From NCBI GenBank assembly GCA_963713825.1, contig CAVQNG010000005.1, forward strand, positions 384,001 through 448,000: a DNA stretch of 64,000 bases, given 5' to 3'. The translations under genes were made by a program, and so were the position numbers. Below, piece by piece: positions 1-8,417 of this stretch. The stretch's first letter is position 1. Each line of letters opens with the position of its first letter. This DNA is from an uncultured Acidobacteriota bacterium. GTDB lineage: Bacteria > Acidobacteriota > Thermoanaerobaculia > Multivoradales > JAHEKO01. Under the pieces are notes generated by a model. That model worked only from the letters and a program-made list of their open reading frames with translations, was not told the origin of the DNA and did not search any database.

Positions 1-1724
1 CCTACCTGGGTCGCCGGTTCAATGACACTGACGTCTACAAAGCGATCGAGGCCGCCAGCCTCAGCCTTATCCGGAGTCCCGATCTGGAGCTCGAGGCGCG
101 CCTGGACGAGCTGATTGCTCTCATTGCAGCGGCGCAGGAGGAGGACGGGTACCTGTTCCCGGCCCGGACAATCGACCCGGAGAATCCGGCGCCCGGTGTC
201 GGCCCCGAGCGCTGGATCTACGTGGCCGTTGGCAGCCACGAGCTCTACAACGCCGGGCATTTGATCGAGGCAGCCGTTGCCCACAATCAAGCCACAGGCA
301 AGCGAACCCTGTTGGAGGTAGCCACTCGCTTCGCCGACCGGATCGATCGAGACTTCGGACCGCAGGCTCGCCGGGACATCCCGGGCCATGAGGAGATCGA
401 GCTTGCCCTGGTCAAGCTGGCGGACCTCACCGGCGAGTCCCGCTACTTCGATCTGGCACGGTTCTTTCTGGACCAACGGGGAGGTGCCCATGACGGGGAG
501 CTCTACCCCGAGGGCACGGACTTTGCCATCTACAACGATCGTCTCTACAAACAGGACCACCGAGCTGTTGCGGAGCAATCCGAGGGCGTTGGGCACGCGG
601 TGCGGGCGGCGTACCTCTACGCCGGCATGGCCGACGTCTCGGCACGATCGGAAGCTCCAGGCTACGGGGAAGCTCTGGATCGCATTTGGCTGGATGTCGT
701 CGGAAGCAAGCTCTATTTGACAGGCGGCATCGGTTCGCGCGACACGGTGGAATCGTTCGGCGACAGCTTCGAGCTGCCCAACCGGACCGCCTACACCGAG
801 ACCTGTGCCGCGATCGGCAACGGTCTCTGGAACCATCGGATGTTCCTGTCGACTGGCGAGGCCCGCTACCTGGACGTCATGGAGAGAACTCTCTACAACG
901 GTGCGCTGTCGGGCGTTTCGGCCAGTGGCGACGCCTTCTTCTATACGAATCCGCTGGAGTCCGCAGGCGGAGTCGGTCGCAGTGAGTACTTCGATGTGGC
1001 GTGCTGTCCGGCCAATCTGGCGCGACTCGTGGCTCAGATCCCCGGGCTGATCTATGGCAATCGGGACTCCGAGATCTTCGTCAATCTCTACGTCGCAAGC
1101 ACGGCAAGCTTGGAACTGCCGGATGCGGGGGGCGTGGTGCTCGAGCAGGACACGATCTATCCATGGGATGGGACCGTACGGTTGCGCTTGAGCCTCGAGA
1201 GGCCCGCAGCGCTCGACATCCATCTGCGGATTCCAGGATGGGCCAGGGATCTGGCCTCAACGACCGATCTGTACCGGTTTGCTGGAGCGGCGGGGGCCGA
1301 GCCGTCGATTCGGGTCAATGGGGAGGTCGTCCCAGGGTCGCCGGCTCGCGGCTTCGTGATGCTGAGCCGAACCTGGAGGAGTGGAGATGAGATCGTGCTC
1401 GAGCTGCCGATGCCGCCGCGCCGGGTACTCGCCCATGCGGCCGTCGTCGAGAACGAAGGGAAGGTCGCATTGCAGCGCGGGCCTGTCGTCTACGCCGTCG
1501 AGGAGATGGACCACGAAGGGAGTGTTCTCGACCTCGAACTCCCCTTTGACGCGGCGTTGGTCGCCGAGTACGAGCCGGAGCTTCTCGGCGGCGTTGTAGT
1601 CATTCGAACGGCGGCGGTGCGGGCCGGTCGAAGAGTGCCCCTGACGGCGATCCCGTACTTTGCGTGGGCCAACCGGGGCGATGGGGAGATGGTGGTTTGG
1701 ATGCGGCAGGCCGGTCCGGGATGA
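1..1724 (+). CDS. GH127 family glycoside hydrolase (beta-L-arabinofuranosidase-like), 5'-truncated by window edge
   Basis: The frame is open from base 3 (YLGRRFNDTDVYKAIEAA...QEEDGYL). It carries GH127 motifs HELYNAGHLIEAAVAH, GHEEIELAL, GHAVRA, YTETCAAIG, ACCPAN and C-terminal AIPYFAWANRG. Confidence 0.9.
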   Translation, partial: YLGRRFNDTDVYKAIEAASLSLIRSPDLELEARLDELIALIAAAQEEDGYLFPARTIDPENPAPGVGPERWIYVAVGSHELYNAGHLIEAAVAHNQATGKRTLLEVATRFADRIDRDFGPQARRDIPGHEEIELALVKLADLTGESRYFDLARFFLDQRGGAHDGELYPEGTDFAIYNDRLYKQDHRAVAEQSEGVGHAVRAAYLYAGMADVSARSEAPGYGEALDRIWLDVVGSKLYLTGGIGSRDTVESFGDSFELPNRTAYTETCAAIGNGLWNHRMFLSTGEARYLDVMERTLYNGALSGVSASGDAFFYTNPLESAGGVGRSEYFDVACCPANLARLVAQIPGLIYGNRDSEIFVNLYVASTASLELPDAGGVVLEQDTIYPWDGTVRLRLSLERPAALDIHLRIPGWARDLASTTDLYRFAGAAGAEPSIRVNGEVVPGSPARGFVMLSRTWRSGDEIVLELPMPPRRVLAHAAVVENEGKVALQRGPVVYAVEEMDHEGSVLDLELPFDAALVAEYEPELLGGVVVIRTAAVRAGRRVPLTAIPYFAWANRGDGEMVVWMRQAGPG

Positions 1725-2872
1725 GTAGCTCCAAAGACAACCAGGCTTCCTCGTCCTCTTCCGAGGGTTGGATCAAGGCGACCTATGCGCTGAGTCTGGC
1801 GCCGGGAGAGTCTCCGGAAGCGAAGGCGAAGGCTCTCGCATTCGAGCAGACGGTGGAGCTCCCCCCGGAGTCCGTGTCCGATGAACTGGTGGCGAGCGTC
1901 GTGGGTCGGGTGGAGCGTCTCGAACGGGGCGCGGGTGATCGATGGCTGGCGACCCTCTACTTCAGGTCGAGCTTGGCGGGTGGGAGTTTCTCCCAGCTGA
2001 TGAATCTGCTGTACGGCAATATGTCCCTGCTTTCCGGGGTTCGCCTACTGGAAGTGGAGTGGCCGGACGACCTGCTGACCCGGTTTCCCGGACCGAGATT
2101 CGGGCTCGAGGGGCTACGAGACCTTTGCGGCGTGGAGGCCCGACGTCCTCTGACCTGCGCGGTGTCCAAACCTCTGGGCTTGTCGGCTTTGCAGCTGGCC
2201 GACCTGGTGAGCCAGTACGCACGGGCGGGCATCGACATCATCAAGGACGATCACTCTCTGGCCGATCAACCCGACGCTCCCTTCCGCGAACGGGTAGCCC
2301 TGTGCCAGCGGGCCGTGGAGGAGGTCAATCGGTCGGAAGGTACGACGGCCGCCTACTTTCCCAGCTTGGGAGGGGGTGGCCAGGAGCTGCTGGACAACTT
2401 CCACTTCCTGCGAGAGTCAGGCTGTCGTGGAACCGTGGTGATTCCGTTCTATCTTGGACTGGACACGGTCTCCGGACTGGCATCGGAGTCGGAGCTGGCC
2501 CTGCTGGCCCATCCTTCCGGCAGTGGCGTCTTCTTTGCCGAGGAGCACGGCGTGGCTCCCGAGGTGTACCTCGGCCAGTTGCTCCGGATGGCTGGCTGCG
2601 ATGCGGTGATCTATCCGCACGCTGGTGGTCGTTTCGGCATGGACACCCAAACAGCAGGCGCCATCAGCGCGAACCTACTGGCTGACTTGGGGAGCCTACG
2701 GCCTTCGGCACCGGCTCCGGGTGGCAGCTTCGATCCGGCCGCGCTGGCTGAATGGTTCGACGTTTACGGCCCCGACAGTCTCTTCGTGGTCGGCGGCGCT
2801 GTAGCGTGTGCCGACGATCCCCAGAAGGCTGCCGGAATGCTGGTTTCGAAGGTTCGCGAGGCCTTCGTCTAG
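1721..2872 (+). CDS. RuBisCO-like protein (form IV, KDDH type)
   Basis: Motifs EQTVE, LYGN, FPGPRFG, SKPLG, IIKDDHSLADQ, LAHP, YPHAGGRF and VVGG. The ATG at 1721 overlaps the GH127 TGA (ATGA). Confidence 0.9.
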   Translation: MSSSKDNQASSSSSEGWIKATYALSLAPGESPEAKAKALAFEQTVELPPESVSDELVASVVGRVERLERGAGDRWLATLYFRSSLAGGSFSQLMNLLYGNMSLLSGVRLLEVEWPDDLLTRFPGPRFGLEGLRDLCGVEARRPLTCAVSKPLGLSALQLADLVSQYARAGIDIIKDDHSLADQPDAPFRERVALCQRAVEEVNRSEGTTAAYFPSLGGGGQELLDNFHFLRESGCRGTVVIPFYLGLDTVSGLASESELALLAHPSGSGVFFAEEHGVAPEVYLGQLLRMAGCDAVIYPHAGGRFGMDTQTAGAISANLLADLGSLRPSAPAPGGSFDPAALAEWFDVYGPDSLFVVGGAVACADDPQKAAGMLVSKVREAFV

Positions 2873-2890
2873 AGCGATCCGCCAACGACA

Positions 2891-3310
2891 ATGTCGAGAT
2901 CTTCCCATCGGTGGTACCTCTATCTGTTGGCGCTCGCTATGGTGATCGTCTGGTTCGTGAGCAACAGGGCGGCAGAACGGTTGCCGCTGCTCGTCATCTC
3001 CGGCCCCACTGACCTCGAGACCTTCGCGATCGCCAAGGAGGATGGCGAAGTGCTCTGGTCCATCGCCGCCAGCGAGCCGAGGACGCTCAGCCGAATCGAG
3101 TATGGCTCGGTGCCTGCGGGCTTTCACCAAATGGTGCCCGCAGGCAACGAACCGCCGCGCTCGCTGATCGCCGGCGAGTGGCTCGAATGCGAGACGGTAA
3201 CCGGAGATGGGGTCTTCATCCACCAGGGTCTGGCTACCGGGCCGGAGACCTTCAACCCCGTGACCAGCACGATGTCGCTGGTCGGATCCGAAGCTAGGCC
3301 GTCGGACTGA
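2891..3310 (+). CDS. hypothetical protein with N-terminal membrane anchor
   Basis: 139-aa ORF 18 bp after the RLP stop. It has a hydrophobic N-terminal segment (WYLYLLALAMVIVWFV) and overlaps the convergent ABC-F stop by 17 bp. Confidence 0.6.
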   Translation: MSRSSHRWYLYLLALAMVIVWFVSNRAAERLPLLVISGPTDLETFAIAKEDGEVLWSIAASEPRTLSRIEYGSVPAGFHQMVPAGNEPPRSLIAGEWLECETVTGDGVFIHQGLATGPETFNPVTSTMSLVGSEARPSD

Positions 3311-5222
3311 GTGAAGCGAGCTCTTCCTCGACCTCAGCCCATTCCTGCATGAGCTCTTCGACGCGCGAGGTGAGGCGCTTCTGCTCTTGCTCGAGTTTCT
3401 TGACCTCGGCCGCTGGGGTGCGGTCGAAGTACTGGGGATCACAGAAGATCTCGTTGATGTCGTGAACTCGAGACTCCGCCTTCTCGATGGCGGCCGTCAG
3501 CTCGTCTCGTCGTCCGGCCAGCTTGCGGAGCTCCTTGGCATCGTCCGAGGTTCCGCCCTCGGCCCTGCGAGCTTTTCTCTTCCGTTTCTCTCTCTTGACC
3601 TTGAGAGCGACGGCATCGGAATCGAGATGGTCGTCGCCACACTTGGCGACGTACTCCTCGTAGGTGCCTTCGAAGGCCTGCAATCCCTGCGGCGTGATTT
3701 CGACGATGCGGTCGGCCAGCTCCGAGACGAACCAGCGATCGTGGGAAACGAAGAGCAGGGTTCCCTCGTAGGCCTTGAGCGCGACGACCAGCGCCTCGAT
3801 GGCCTCGAGGTCGAGATGGTTGGTGGGCTCGTCGAGAATCAGGACGTTGGGTTCCTGCACGGACAGGCGGGCAAAGAGCAATCGGGCGGCCTCGCCTCCG
3901 GAGAGACTACCCAAGCGCTTCTCGACTTCCTCCCTGGAGAAGAGCACCAGGGCCAGGCGAGAGCGCACGAAGCCGATCGTCTCCCCGGGACACAGCTCCC
4001 ACAAGCTCGCTTCGACGGTCTGTTTGTCGTTGGTGAGCTGCTGACGGTGGTCCTGGGCGAAGTACCCTTTGTGGGTCTCGTATCCCCACTCCGTTTCGCC
4101 GGCATCAGCCTCGACCTCGCCCATGGCGATCTTGAGCAGCGTCGATTTGCCGATGCCGTTGGGGCCGATGATGGCCACCCGCTCACCGCGCCGCACCGTA
4201 AGAGACACATTCTCCAGGACCTGGTTGTCATCGTAGGCCTTCGAGATACCGTCGATTGCCAGCACCTCTTTGCCACTCGGCCGTTGCTCGTGAAAACGGA
4301 ACTTGGGGTAGCGGCGTGAGCTCTCGGCCAGGGGCTCGAGCTCGTCCTGGCGCTTTTCGATCAAGCGGAGCTTGCTCTGCGCCTGACGCGCCTTGGTCGC
4401 TTTGGCGCGGAAGCGATCCACGAAGACCCTGTGGTGAGCGATCTCCTTCTCCCGCTTCGCGAGCTCCTTTTCCATCCGCTCCCGGTCGCCCTGCTTGGAC
4501 TGGTCGAACTGGCTATAGTTGCCGGAATACAGACGCACGGTCTCGTAGTCGACGTCCAGGATGTCGGTCGAGACATTGTCGAGGAAGCGGTGGTCGTGGG
4601 AGATGACGATGACGATGCCGGGGAATTCTTGCAGGAACTTCTCCAGCCAGCGGATGGAGAGAATGTCGAGATGGTTGGTCGGCTCGTCGAGCAAGAGAGC
4701 GTCGGGGCTGGAAGCCAGCACTTGAGCCAGCAGTACCCTGAGCTTGAAACCGCCCGACAGGGTGCCGAGCGCATCGTGATGCACCTCGGCTGGAATCCCG
4801 AGGCCCTCCAGGATCTCCGCAGCCTGTGCTTCGACGCTGTAGCCGTCGTTGCGCAGGATGATGTCCTCGAGCTCGGAGTAGCGCTCGGCGTCGAACGACT
4901 CTTCGGCCCGGCTGAGGATCTCTTCCTTCTCGGCCATAGCGCGCCAGAGAGCTTCGTTGCCCATGAGCACGACGTTGAGGATGGGCTCGGTGTCCTGAAG
5001 GAACTGGTCCTGCCGCAGAACCCCGAGCTTGAGACGCTTCGGGATCGAGATCGTGCCGTCGCTGGGGAGCTCATCGCCAGCCAGGATCTTCATCAGGGTC
5101 GACTTGCCGGAGCCGTTGGCCCCGACCAGGCCATAGCTCTGACCCGGGTTGAGCTGGAACGAGACGCCGGTGAAGAGGGTCTGCGGGCCGAAAGATTTGG
5201 CCAGATTCGACACGGAAATCAT
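3294..5222 (-). CDS. ABC-F family ATP-binding protein
   Basis: Two ABC domains (GANGSGKST/LSGG/LLLDEPTNHLD and GPNGIGKST/LSGGE/LILDEPTNHLD), an inter-ABC linker, a C-terminal coiled coil and no TM segments. Start placed at MISVSNL. Confidence 0.92.
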   Translation of the reverse strand: MISVSNLAKSFGPQTLFTGVSFQLNPGQSYGLVGANGSGKSTLMKILAGDELPSDGTISIPKRLKLGVLRQDQFLQDTEPILNVVLMGNEALWRAMAEKEEILSRAEESFDAERYSELEDIILRNDGYSVEAQAAEILEGLGIPAEVHHDALGTLSGGFKLRVLLAQVLASSPDALLLDEPTNHLDILSIRWLEKFLQEFPGIVIVISHDHRFLDNVSTDILDVDYETVRLYSGNYSQFDQSKQGDRERMEKELAKREKEIAHHRVFVDRFRAKATKARQAQSKLRLIEKRQDELEPLAESSRRYPKFRFHEQRPSGKEVLAIDGISKAYDDNQVLENVSLTVRRGERVAIIGPNGIGKSTLLKIAMGEVEADAGETEWGYETHKGYFAQDHRQQLTNDKQTVEASLWELCPGETIGFVRSRLALVLFSREEVEKRLGSLSGGEAARLLFARLSVQEPNVLILDEPTNHLDLEAIEALVVALKAYEGTLLFVSHDRWFVSELADRIVEITPQGLQAFEGTYEEYVAKCGDDHLDSDAVALKVKREKRKRKARRAEGGTSDDAKELRKLAGRRDELTAAIEKAESRVHDINEIFCDPQYFDRTPAAEVKKLEQEQKRLTSRVEELMQEWAEVEEELASLSPTA

Positions 5223-5296
5223 GGAACGCGAGAGAATACCATGTGGCAGAGTCGGATTGGCTTGGCCCGAAGGTTGCTTACTAGTAAATAGAAACC

Positions 5297-7711
5297 ATGT
5301 CTGCAAGACGATCCAAACGCCGGTCTTCGAAGCGTCGGCGACGTAAAGGCAAGAGCAGCGGCCGCTGGCGCCGCCGATTCCTCGGGCTCCTGTTGCTTCT
5401 GGCCGTGGCTGGGACAGCGTGGCTGGTCTGGCCATTCTGGCAGCTCGCGGGACAGTTCGAGAATCGGGCGGTCAAGCAGCCCTCGAGGCTCTATGCACGG
5501 TCCCACCGCTTGATGGTAGGTCGCAGCGAGGACCCGGCCAACTTGATCGGCGAGCTGGAGGACCTGGGGTATCGCCGCCAGAACGGCGGGGCCCTGGATA
5601 GCGGTGAGTTCGCCTGGGATGGCAGAACCCTCGGGGTCCATCTGCGCTCCCTACCGACGCCCTATGGATGGAACAAAGGGGGCGGCCTGGAAGCCCGATT
5701 CTCTGGCAAGCATCTCGAATCCCTGATCTGGCGGGGCAACGCGGTCCAGGAGGCCGACCTCGAGCCTCCCTTGCTCTTCTCCTTCTATGGACCCGATCGC
5801 CAGGAGAGACGGCCGGTGGCGCTCGATGTTCTGCCGGATCACTTGGTTCTAGCTGTCCTGGCCGCGGAGGACGCGGGTTTCTACGAGCATCCGGGCCTCT
5901 CTCTCACGGGCATCGCACGAGCCGCGTGGGTGAACGTTCGCGGCGGTGGCATTCGACAGGGTGGCAGCACACTGACCCAGCAGCTGGTCAAGAATCTCTT
6001 CCTGACGCAAGACCGTACCCTGGCTCGCAAGGCACGGGAAGCAGCCCTGGCGTTGCTCATCGACTGGCGATTCGACAAGCGCAAGATCCTGGACGCGTAC
6101 CTGAACGAGATCTACTGGGGCGCCAGTGCTGGAATCAATCTGATGGGGGTCGGATCGGCGGCTTGGGCCTACTTCGGCAAGGAGCCAGAGCGGCTCGATC
6201 TCTGCGAGTCGGCCGTCCTGGCCGGCATGATCTCTTCTCCAGGAGGCTACTCGCCCGTCTCGCGTCCCGAGAAATCGCTCGAGCGGAGAAACTGGGTTCT
6301 GGGGCGGATGGGAGAGTTGGAGTGGCTGGCTCCCGACCGCATGAAAGAAGCACTGGAGGAACCACTGTGCGTGGCGCCGCAATCGGTCGGCACTCGGCAC
6401 GCAGCCTACTTCAGGGATCGCGCGGAGTCGGAGGTGCGGCGTCGATTCGGCGTTGGCGAACTGGCGGACAAGGGCTACCGGGTGATGTCCACCCTCGACC
6501 TCTGGGACCAGGTAGCGGCGGAGGCGATGGTCGACTGGGGCCTCCAGTCGCTGGAAGAGGGCTGGGAAAAGGACCGCAAGTCGAAGGGGGCGCTGCAGGC
6601 GGCCCTGGTGTCGCTGGACCCCCGAACAGGAGAGATCCTGGCCTACGTCGGTGGCCGTGACTATGGCTCCAGCCAGTTCGACCGGGCAGGAAGCGCCGAG
6701 CGACAGGCGGGAAGCGCTTTCAAGCCGGTCATCTATGCAACGGCGTTCGAGGATCGGGTCGCAGTGCCGTCGACCATGTTGGAAGACGCACCACTCACTG
6801 TTGCCCTGGCGGCTGGCAAGGAGTGGGCACCGCAGAATTCCAACAGCCAATATCGTGGTTGGGTGAGCGTTCGCACCGCTCTCGAAGACAGTCTCAACGT
6901 GCCGACGGCCCGCCTTGCCCTGCAGGTCGGTCTTGCGAGGATCGTCCAAATGGCCAAGGCCATGGGCATCAGCACGCGCCTGCAGCCGGTGCCGGCCTTG
7001 GCTCTGGGCGCCTTTGAAGTGACGCCCCTCGAGTTGGCGTCGGTCTACTCGGTGGTGGCTGCGGGCGGTGTCCGACGTGAGGTGCACGGGATTCGTGGGC
7101 TGCTCGATCCGGAAGGTCAGCCGGCGGAGGGGCGACCGCTGGACCCCGCGCAACGGGTGATCTCGCCGCAGGCGACCTTCCTGCTGACCTCCGTGATGCA
7201 GGGAGTCCTCGATCGTGGGACCGCTTCCAGCGTCCGAGCCCAAGGGCTGGACGCGCGCTTGGCTGGCAAGACCGGCACGACCAACGATCGCCGGGACAGC
7301 TGGTTCGGCGGGTTCTCCTCGGACCGGGTATCCCTTGTCTGGGTCGGCTATGACGACAACTCCACGACCCGCTTGTCCGGGGCTCGCGCCGCCTTGCCGA
7401 TCTGGGCGCGGTTTTCCTGGAAGGTGGCCCCGACCGGCGGCTACTCGCTCTTCCCACAACCCGAGGGCATCACGTCGGCCGTCATCGATCCGTTGAGCGG
7501 CGAGCTGGCGACCGATGACTGCCCCGAGGTGCTGACCGAGGTCTTTCTTGCAGGGACGACTCCCACCGAAGTGTGCAGCCTGCACGGCCGCTGGCGCCGC
7601 GACCCTGCCTGGCAGACCGCTTCCGAACAGCCCGTCGAAGGCAAGAAGCGCTGGCGCTGGTTGCGCAAGGTCTTCGGCAAGGACAAGACCAAGAAGACCA
7701 AGCCCGACTAG
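5297..7711 (+). CDS. mrcB: penicillin-binding protein 1B (class A PBP)
   Basis: Basic N-terminus plus TM, a UB2H-like insert, transglycosylase motifs EDxxFxxHxG, GGSTLTQQLVKN and RKxxE, and transpeptidase motifs SAFK, SLN and KTG. Confidence 0.9.
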   Translation: MSARRSKRRSSKRRRRKGKSSGRWRRRFLGLLLLLAVAGTAWLVWPFWQLAGQFENRAVKQPSRLYARSHRLMVGRSEDPANLIGELEDLGYRRQNGGALDSGEFAWDGRTLGVHLRSLPTPYGWNKGGGLEARFSGKHLESLIWRGNAVQEADLEPPLLFSFYGPDRQERRPVALDVLPDHLVLAVLAAEDAGFYEHPGLSLTGIARAAWVNVRGGGIRQGGSTLTQQLVKNLFLTQDRTLARKAREAALALLIDWRFDKRKILDAYLNEIYWGASAGINLMGVGSAAWAYFGKEPERLDLCESAVLAGMISSPGGYSPVSRPEKSLERRNWVLGRMGELEWLAPDRMKEALEEPLCVAPQSVGTRHAAYFRDRAESEVRRRFGVGELADKGYRVMSTLDLWDQVAAEAMVDWGLQSLEEGWEKDRKSKGALQAALVSLDPRTGEILAYVGGRDYGSSQFDRAGSAERQAGSAFKPVIYATAFEDRVAVPSTMLEDAPLTVALAAGKEWAPQNSNSQYRGWVSVRTALEDSLNVPTARLALQVGLARIVQMAKAMGISTRLQPVPALALGAFEVTPLELASVYSVVAAGGVRREVHGIRGLLDPEGQPAEGRPLDPAQRVISPQATFLLTSVMQGVLDRGTASSVRAQGLDARLAGKTGTTNDRRDSWFGGFSSDRVSLVWVGYDDNSTTRLSGARAALPIWARFSWKVAPTGGYSLFPQPEGITSAVIDPLSGELATDDCPEVLTEVFLAGTTPTEVCSLHGRWRRDPAWQTASEQPVEGKKRWRWLRKVFGKDKTKKTKPD

Positions 7712-7712
7712 A

Positions 7713-8333
7713 GGGTTGAGGCGCCCGGCTCACCGCCGGGCGTTCTTTGAGGGCTTGGGGTTGAGGCGGCTGTCGCTAGCTCCAGCCGATCCTTGGGGCT
7801 TGGGTCCTGGGTTCTGTTCAGATGACTACGATCTCGTTGAGGTCCTTCCAGTTGGTCTGTAGGCGCTGACACCTGTTCGTTGTGGAGAGGGTCCGACGTG
7901 GGGCCCCCAGGGGGCTATCCTCCCTTCCACAGCATACAACCCCCTGGAGGTCCCACGCCGAACCCTCCTCGACTGGAGAGACCTCGCACATGGCCTTGCA
8001 CCGTTCTTAGACGAGGATCCACCAAGGGGTCTCCTGAGTCTGCGGCCTGCCCGTCGCAGACTGAGTAGCCGGCGCCGTCCTCCTGCGAACCACCCGGGCG
8101 GAACTCCACAGGAAAGTGACTACCTGCCAAGTCTCCCAAGCCCCCCAAGCCCCCAAGGATCGGTCGGCGAAGTCCCCGAGCGCCTCACCCCCAAGCCCTC
8201 AAGGAACAGCCGGAAGGAACGCCCGGCCGCTTTCACCCCCCACTGCCCCAAAGATCCGCTGGCAGAGAGCCAGCGGCCTCAACCCCAAGCCCCTAAGGAT
8301 CGGCTGGGAGGTACGACCGGACGCCTCAACCCC
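7713..8333. repeat. mosaic intergenic repeat, copy A (2 forward + 4 reverse REP-like units, long internal hairpin, inverted module P)
   Basis: Starts GGGTTGAGGCG at 7713 and ends CGCCTCAACCCC at 8333. Units are shared with 13235, 19438, 53485, 56057, 60741 and 63784. A 28-bp imperfect inverted repeat lies at 7887-7914/7940-7967. Confidence 0.9.
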
Positions 8334-8339
8334 ACTGCA

Positions 8340-8364
8340 GCGCTGTGTCGCAAAGACACAGCGC
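8340..8364. terminator. perfect 10-bp hairpin (terminator-like, no U-tract)
   Basis: GCGCTGTGTC-GCAAA-GACACAGCGC, lying between repeat A and uvrA. Confidence 0.4.
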
Positions 8365-8417
8365 GATAAGCTAGAGGGCTTGCCGGAAGACGGCAGGACC
8401 ACGGAAAGACACTATTG

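Noticed and set aside
1721-2872. CO2-fixing RuBisCO
   Set aside because: KDDH instead of KDDE, short length, and no small subunit or phosphoribulokinase nearby indicate a form IV RLP.
5849-7585. Long antisense or alternate-frame ORFs (e.g. 5849-7585, 29885-30925, 30964-32112, 47832-48773, 59534-60622)
   Set aside because: Shadow ORFs typical of high-GC DNA, lying opposite well-supported genes and with no recognisable motifs.
8136-8333. Tandem ~47-bp units resembling a mini CRISPR array (constant flank plus variable middle)
   Set aside because: The variable parts are only ~20-25 nt, are themselves hairpins and recur at other loci. Arrays have 1-4 units in both orientations, with no leader and no cas genes.
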